A stretch of DNA of 64,000 nt, taken from NCBI GenBank assembly GCA_045536305.1, contig JAZSNH010000029.1:56225-120224 (forward strand), in the 5' to 3' direction. Source of the stretch: Acutalibacteraceae bacterium (GTDB lineage: Bacteria; Bacillota; Clostridia; Oscillospirales; Acutalibacteraceae). Below are positions 63,601-64,000 of this stretch, one piece after another. The notes below the pieces were generated by a model, which saw only the letters and a list, made by a program, of their open reading frames with translations, was not told the origin of the DNA and ran no database searches. A program made the position numbers and the translations under genes. Within the stretch, counting starts at the first letter, position 1. Each line of letters begins with the position of its first letter.

Positions 63601-64000
63601 ACTCATAAGGTATCCCTCCAGATCGGCGCTCAGTATGGTATCGTCGAGACAGCAACAGGCGCAAGCTATGAGTTTGACACCACTGTTGCAGGAACCACCT
63701 ACGGCCAGATCGTAGTTGGCGGCGTAAACAACACCGGCGTACTCTTCACTCTCGGAACCGAGGGTGAGCAGGTCAACGTATATAATAAGAACAAGACTGC
63801 TAAGATCTCTGTCAACAAGGCTGTAACAGGCGGCGAGATCAATGACGACGAATTCACCTTCGTCCTCCAGCAGAAGATCGGTACAACCTACGTTGACGTT
63901 TCCACCGCAACCGTAAAGGGCGGCGAGAACGCAGTATTCACCGAAAATTCCAAGTATCCGTTCTATCTCGGCAACGAGTACAGAATCGTAGAAAAGAACC
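57694..64000 (+). CDS. giant secreted surface adhesin: choice-of-anchor-A-like head plus at least 17 tandem Ig-like (CnaB/SpaA-type) modules; 3' end outside the window
   Basis: This ORF is absent from the ORF track because no stop is reached. The frame from ATG 57694 (RBS GAAGGGGG) stays open to 64000 (more than 2100 codons; I read through most of it, and the track lists no frame-1 ORF in this span). Signal peptide MKGYHEGRRKNKFFMGLISIVLCFSIIGASTMTAFA. The head has ...ADSEGRAIIGGDLEIEG... and ...GSLLAPYATVNGLQGHINGTAVVKNL...FEYH. After that come ~95-105-aa modules of the type (L/I)xVxKxV...F(T/S)FxL...Y(R/K)(I/V)xE...(F/Y)TN. Confidence 0.85.
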   Translation, partial: MKGYHEGRRKNKFFMGLISIVLCFSIIGASTMTAFAATPVEASRDVTPILTFNGIDSIAEDELCLIVFNDMKQNGADSEGRAIIGGDLEIEGGWSASITRNGTSEYKDEYVLAVGGNIVSGHVNAGGCVAIAGGSYSSASINVSSFCTHGNNDAVHVDNSGWIEDYITKAEQAFTAASSQYSELETAGEITNPHWGQAKIDAGKVKEGEPIVFNVDGSNGVMLNFDQNFLNAMGSSSVIVNVSGKNIRLENMNFNGSEADKNEFCSRVIWNCYEAESVEIRGSVQGSLLAPYATVNGLQGHINGTAVVKNLNGNGGFEYHTGKFLKNPFSADLQVTKHVEGIPDAAAEKEFSFQLLKADGTLVEEFTLADGDSFRYSDLEENVTYKVVELASSELYTFDRVETTGSVDSVSGKTVTFTATDGSSRRIDYYNDAVEVIKEGYITIKKVLNDDVDPNAEFVFTLEYYDNGWQNVSSVKLSDDQTYTFEKLPLGTYRVVENVDSGKYTTSVVTSVKADAVVATSQEFTLSEQLLDQSATFTNTRNYGAISVSKNVNGTDAQDSFTFRLYKEENGAWVPAGNQDITVIAGSSASFNGLPYGVSYAVAELNSANYSFASVVGGTNESLTIDGNPAVKVTVGTNASIAFTNTLKTGNLNVTKVVNGSGNANDTFSFTLQKKNGNSWTTVETFTLKAGQTKGFTGLSANTTYRIYEASFGEIYDRGAITGADSVEDGVYAVFTLSADESRNVAFTNVVKPGSITVSKVVNDSFDNAQKSFAFTLYESANNGTDWNAVETFTLEAGKNRTFSNLDTEKLYKVVESEYANYSTTVKVGSASVNGTDTGAFEIAPNADTAVVYTNNRKTADLTVKKAINGTPFSANDSFTFRLFKQSGDSWVAAGAADITVKANATAKFTGLAYGVTYAVAELSNAEYTFTSVAGGSAVTVNGMSGASVTIDGAEELTFTNTPIPKIGGFIVTKSVSGYGIEGDKFTFKVEKKNGSSWTEVETFTLTAGASKTFSDLTAGDVYRISETSAPDSYKLINVAGADSVINGAATVTIVDKACPTVVFTNEVKTGSIKVTKTLNDKFDNAAASFSFTAYESTDGKTWTAIETFTLAGGEYKTISGLDVTKLYKVVEADYSATYETTVKVGSNETAALDSGSFTLTADSAVSVAFTNTRKTASLTVNKAMDGKPYDGDTFKFRLYKQVGSKWVEAGVDDITVKPNGSAKFENLAYGNTYAVVELEAEEYTVVSVTGANVTVDGLSGSKFVINGDAEVTFTNKPIPRLGGFTVTKQLTGGNAADEFGFTVQKKNGSSWEDFDTFTLRAGDSKIYTDLVEGETYRIYESETGAIYELASITGANSVEGDRYAVISIAEGKNPTIAFVNKVKQGTITVSKTLTDEALSGTSTFKFELQKLVGSSYEKVEVKELTVGHGATATVTFENLPYNETYRVVELGAENYDTTATFEGAATEGKTSAGIALDGDENVAFSNVKKVVLSVKKSIADGDTDLGKTFTFIIQRKIGNTWKTVETATLMASDSAAEFEVETGTYRVLEVGGTEGYTYVGTTVTGGVAALTETNANLDGKNCSGAQFVLSANAAAVVENRTVKGNIVLSKIVSDNVTPNKEFTFTLQQLTDGAWKDVLKNDGAPVSVVLKHGEAVDLDQVATLEYGSVYRVVEKVDNSIYETTIVTNGVHSTGAASGAVTIGTSEASVAFTNTRRNAQLKIVKALTAESNDLGESFEISVYKYTEADGWKLLSAAEDGVDGTMTLKAGANNAKYISIPVGATYKIAETKTGKSYSFDSFSDNIGANNTITLMSDAEVIVYNAIKTGKIVVAKTLNDDITPDAVFTFNVTDANGKVVASSTISGKESFTVDNLPYGETYTVTEVVNKEVYETTVTVDGKTEDAVSATVTIDSAEASVAFENTRREGEVTIKKLLSEGSNEFDEEFSFTLYRLTDNGWTEIEKFSLGFNDTHKVSLQIGAQYGIVETATGASYEFDTTVAGTTYGQIVVGGVNNTGVLFTLGTEGEQVNVYNKNKTAKISVNKAVTGGEINDDEFTFVLQQKIGTTYVDVSTATVKGGENAVFTENSKYPFYLGNEYRIVEKN
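58690..64000 (+). repeat. coding tandem array of diverged ~290-330-bp Ig-like modules with a ~945-bp three-module super-repeat
   Basis: Module starts (xVxK strands) fall near 58690, 59015, 59330, 59645, 59960, 60275, 60600, 60910, 61225, 61545, 61855, 62170, 62510, 62850, 63180, 63480 and 63805. Module types A-B-C recur from about 59311, 60255 and 61205. Confidence 0.8.

Noticed and set aside
61621-63606. 661-aa minus-strand ORF, the longest ORF in the track for this region
   Set aside because: It lies entirely antisense to the open adhesin frame. Its product is low-complexity (Cys/Gly/Ala/Leu-rich) with no RBS or recognisable domain. Long antisense ORFs are expected opposite a stop-poor, codon-biased repetitive gene.
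58690-64000. Regularly spaced repeats that could be mistaken for a CRISPR-like array
   Set aside because: The period is ~300 bp, the repeats are diverged and fully coding in one open frame, and there is no short identical repeat and spacer structure.

Overview
This 64-kb chromosomal window looks like a Clostridia-class Firmicute. Supporting signs are a CIRCE/HrcA-controlled hrcA-grpE-dnaK-dnaJ operon, an rnfCDGEAB operon, CotH and lamin-tail-domain surface proteins, and AGGAGG-type RBSs. I call about 50 protein genes and one tRNA-Leu(UAG). I saw no rRNA and no CRISPR array. Housekeeping genes are dus, queT (with a possible preQ1 leader), ppk1, a CNNM/CorC transporter, a TrkA-like protein, cysK, secA, hflX, rsmA, dCMP deaminase, ychF, argS, murI, ddl, corA and trmL. 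The accessory or unusual content is: (1) a lone membrane-spanning TIR-domain protein (cytoplasmic TIR, one TM helix, poly-Thr stalk, Trp/Tyr-rich ectodomain) between ychF and rnfC; (2) next to it, a 528-bp single-gene insertion encoding a RAYT/IS200-like Y1 transposase, bounded by a duplicated ychF 3' end and carrying a 24-bp perfect inverted repeat inside its own CDS; (3) a modular family of intergenic repeats built on CTCCCTC-N4-GAGGGAG hairpins at six or more loci, plus a train of stem-loops in the dnaK-dnaJ spacer; (4) an XRE-HTH::PAP2-like membrane fusion next to the tRNA; (5) a MoxR-DUF58-transglutaminase operon convergent with a CotH/LTD gene pair; (6) an XRE-paired small gene broken by an in-frame TAG; (7) Rnf subunits with low-complexity insertions; (8) a giant secreted adhesin of more than 2100 aa that runs off the window, with a choice-of-anchor-A head and at least 17 Ig-like modules. 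All calls were made by eye from translated motifs and base-pairing. No searches or folding programs were run, and start codons and hairpin ends may be off by a few nt.
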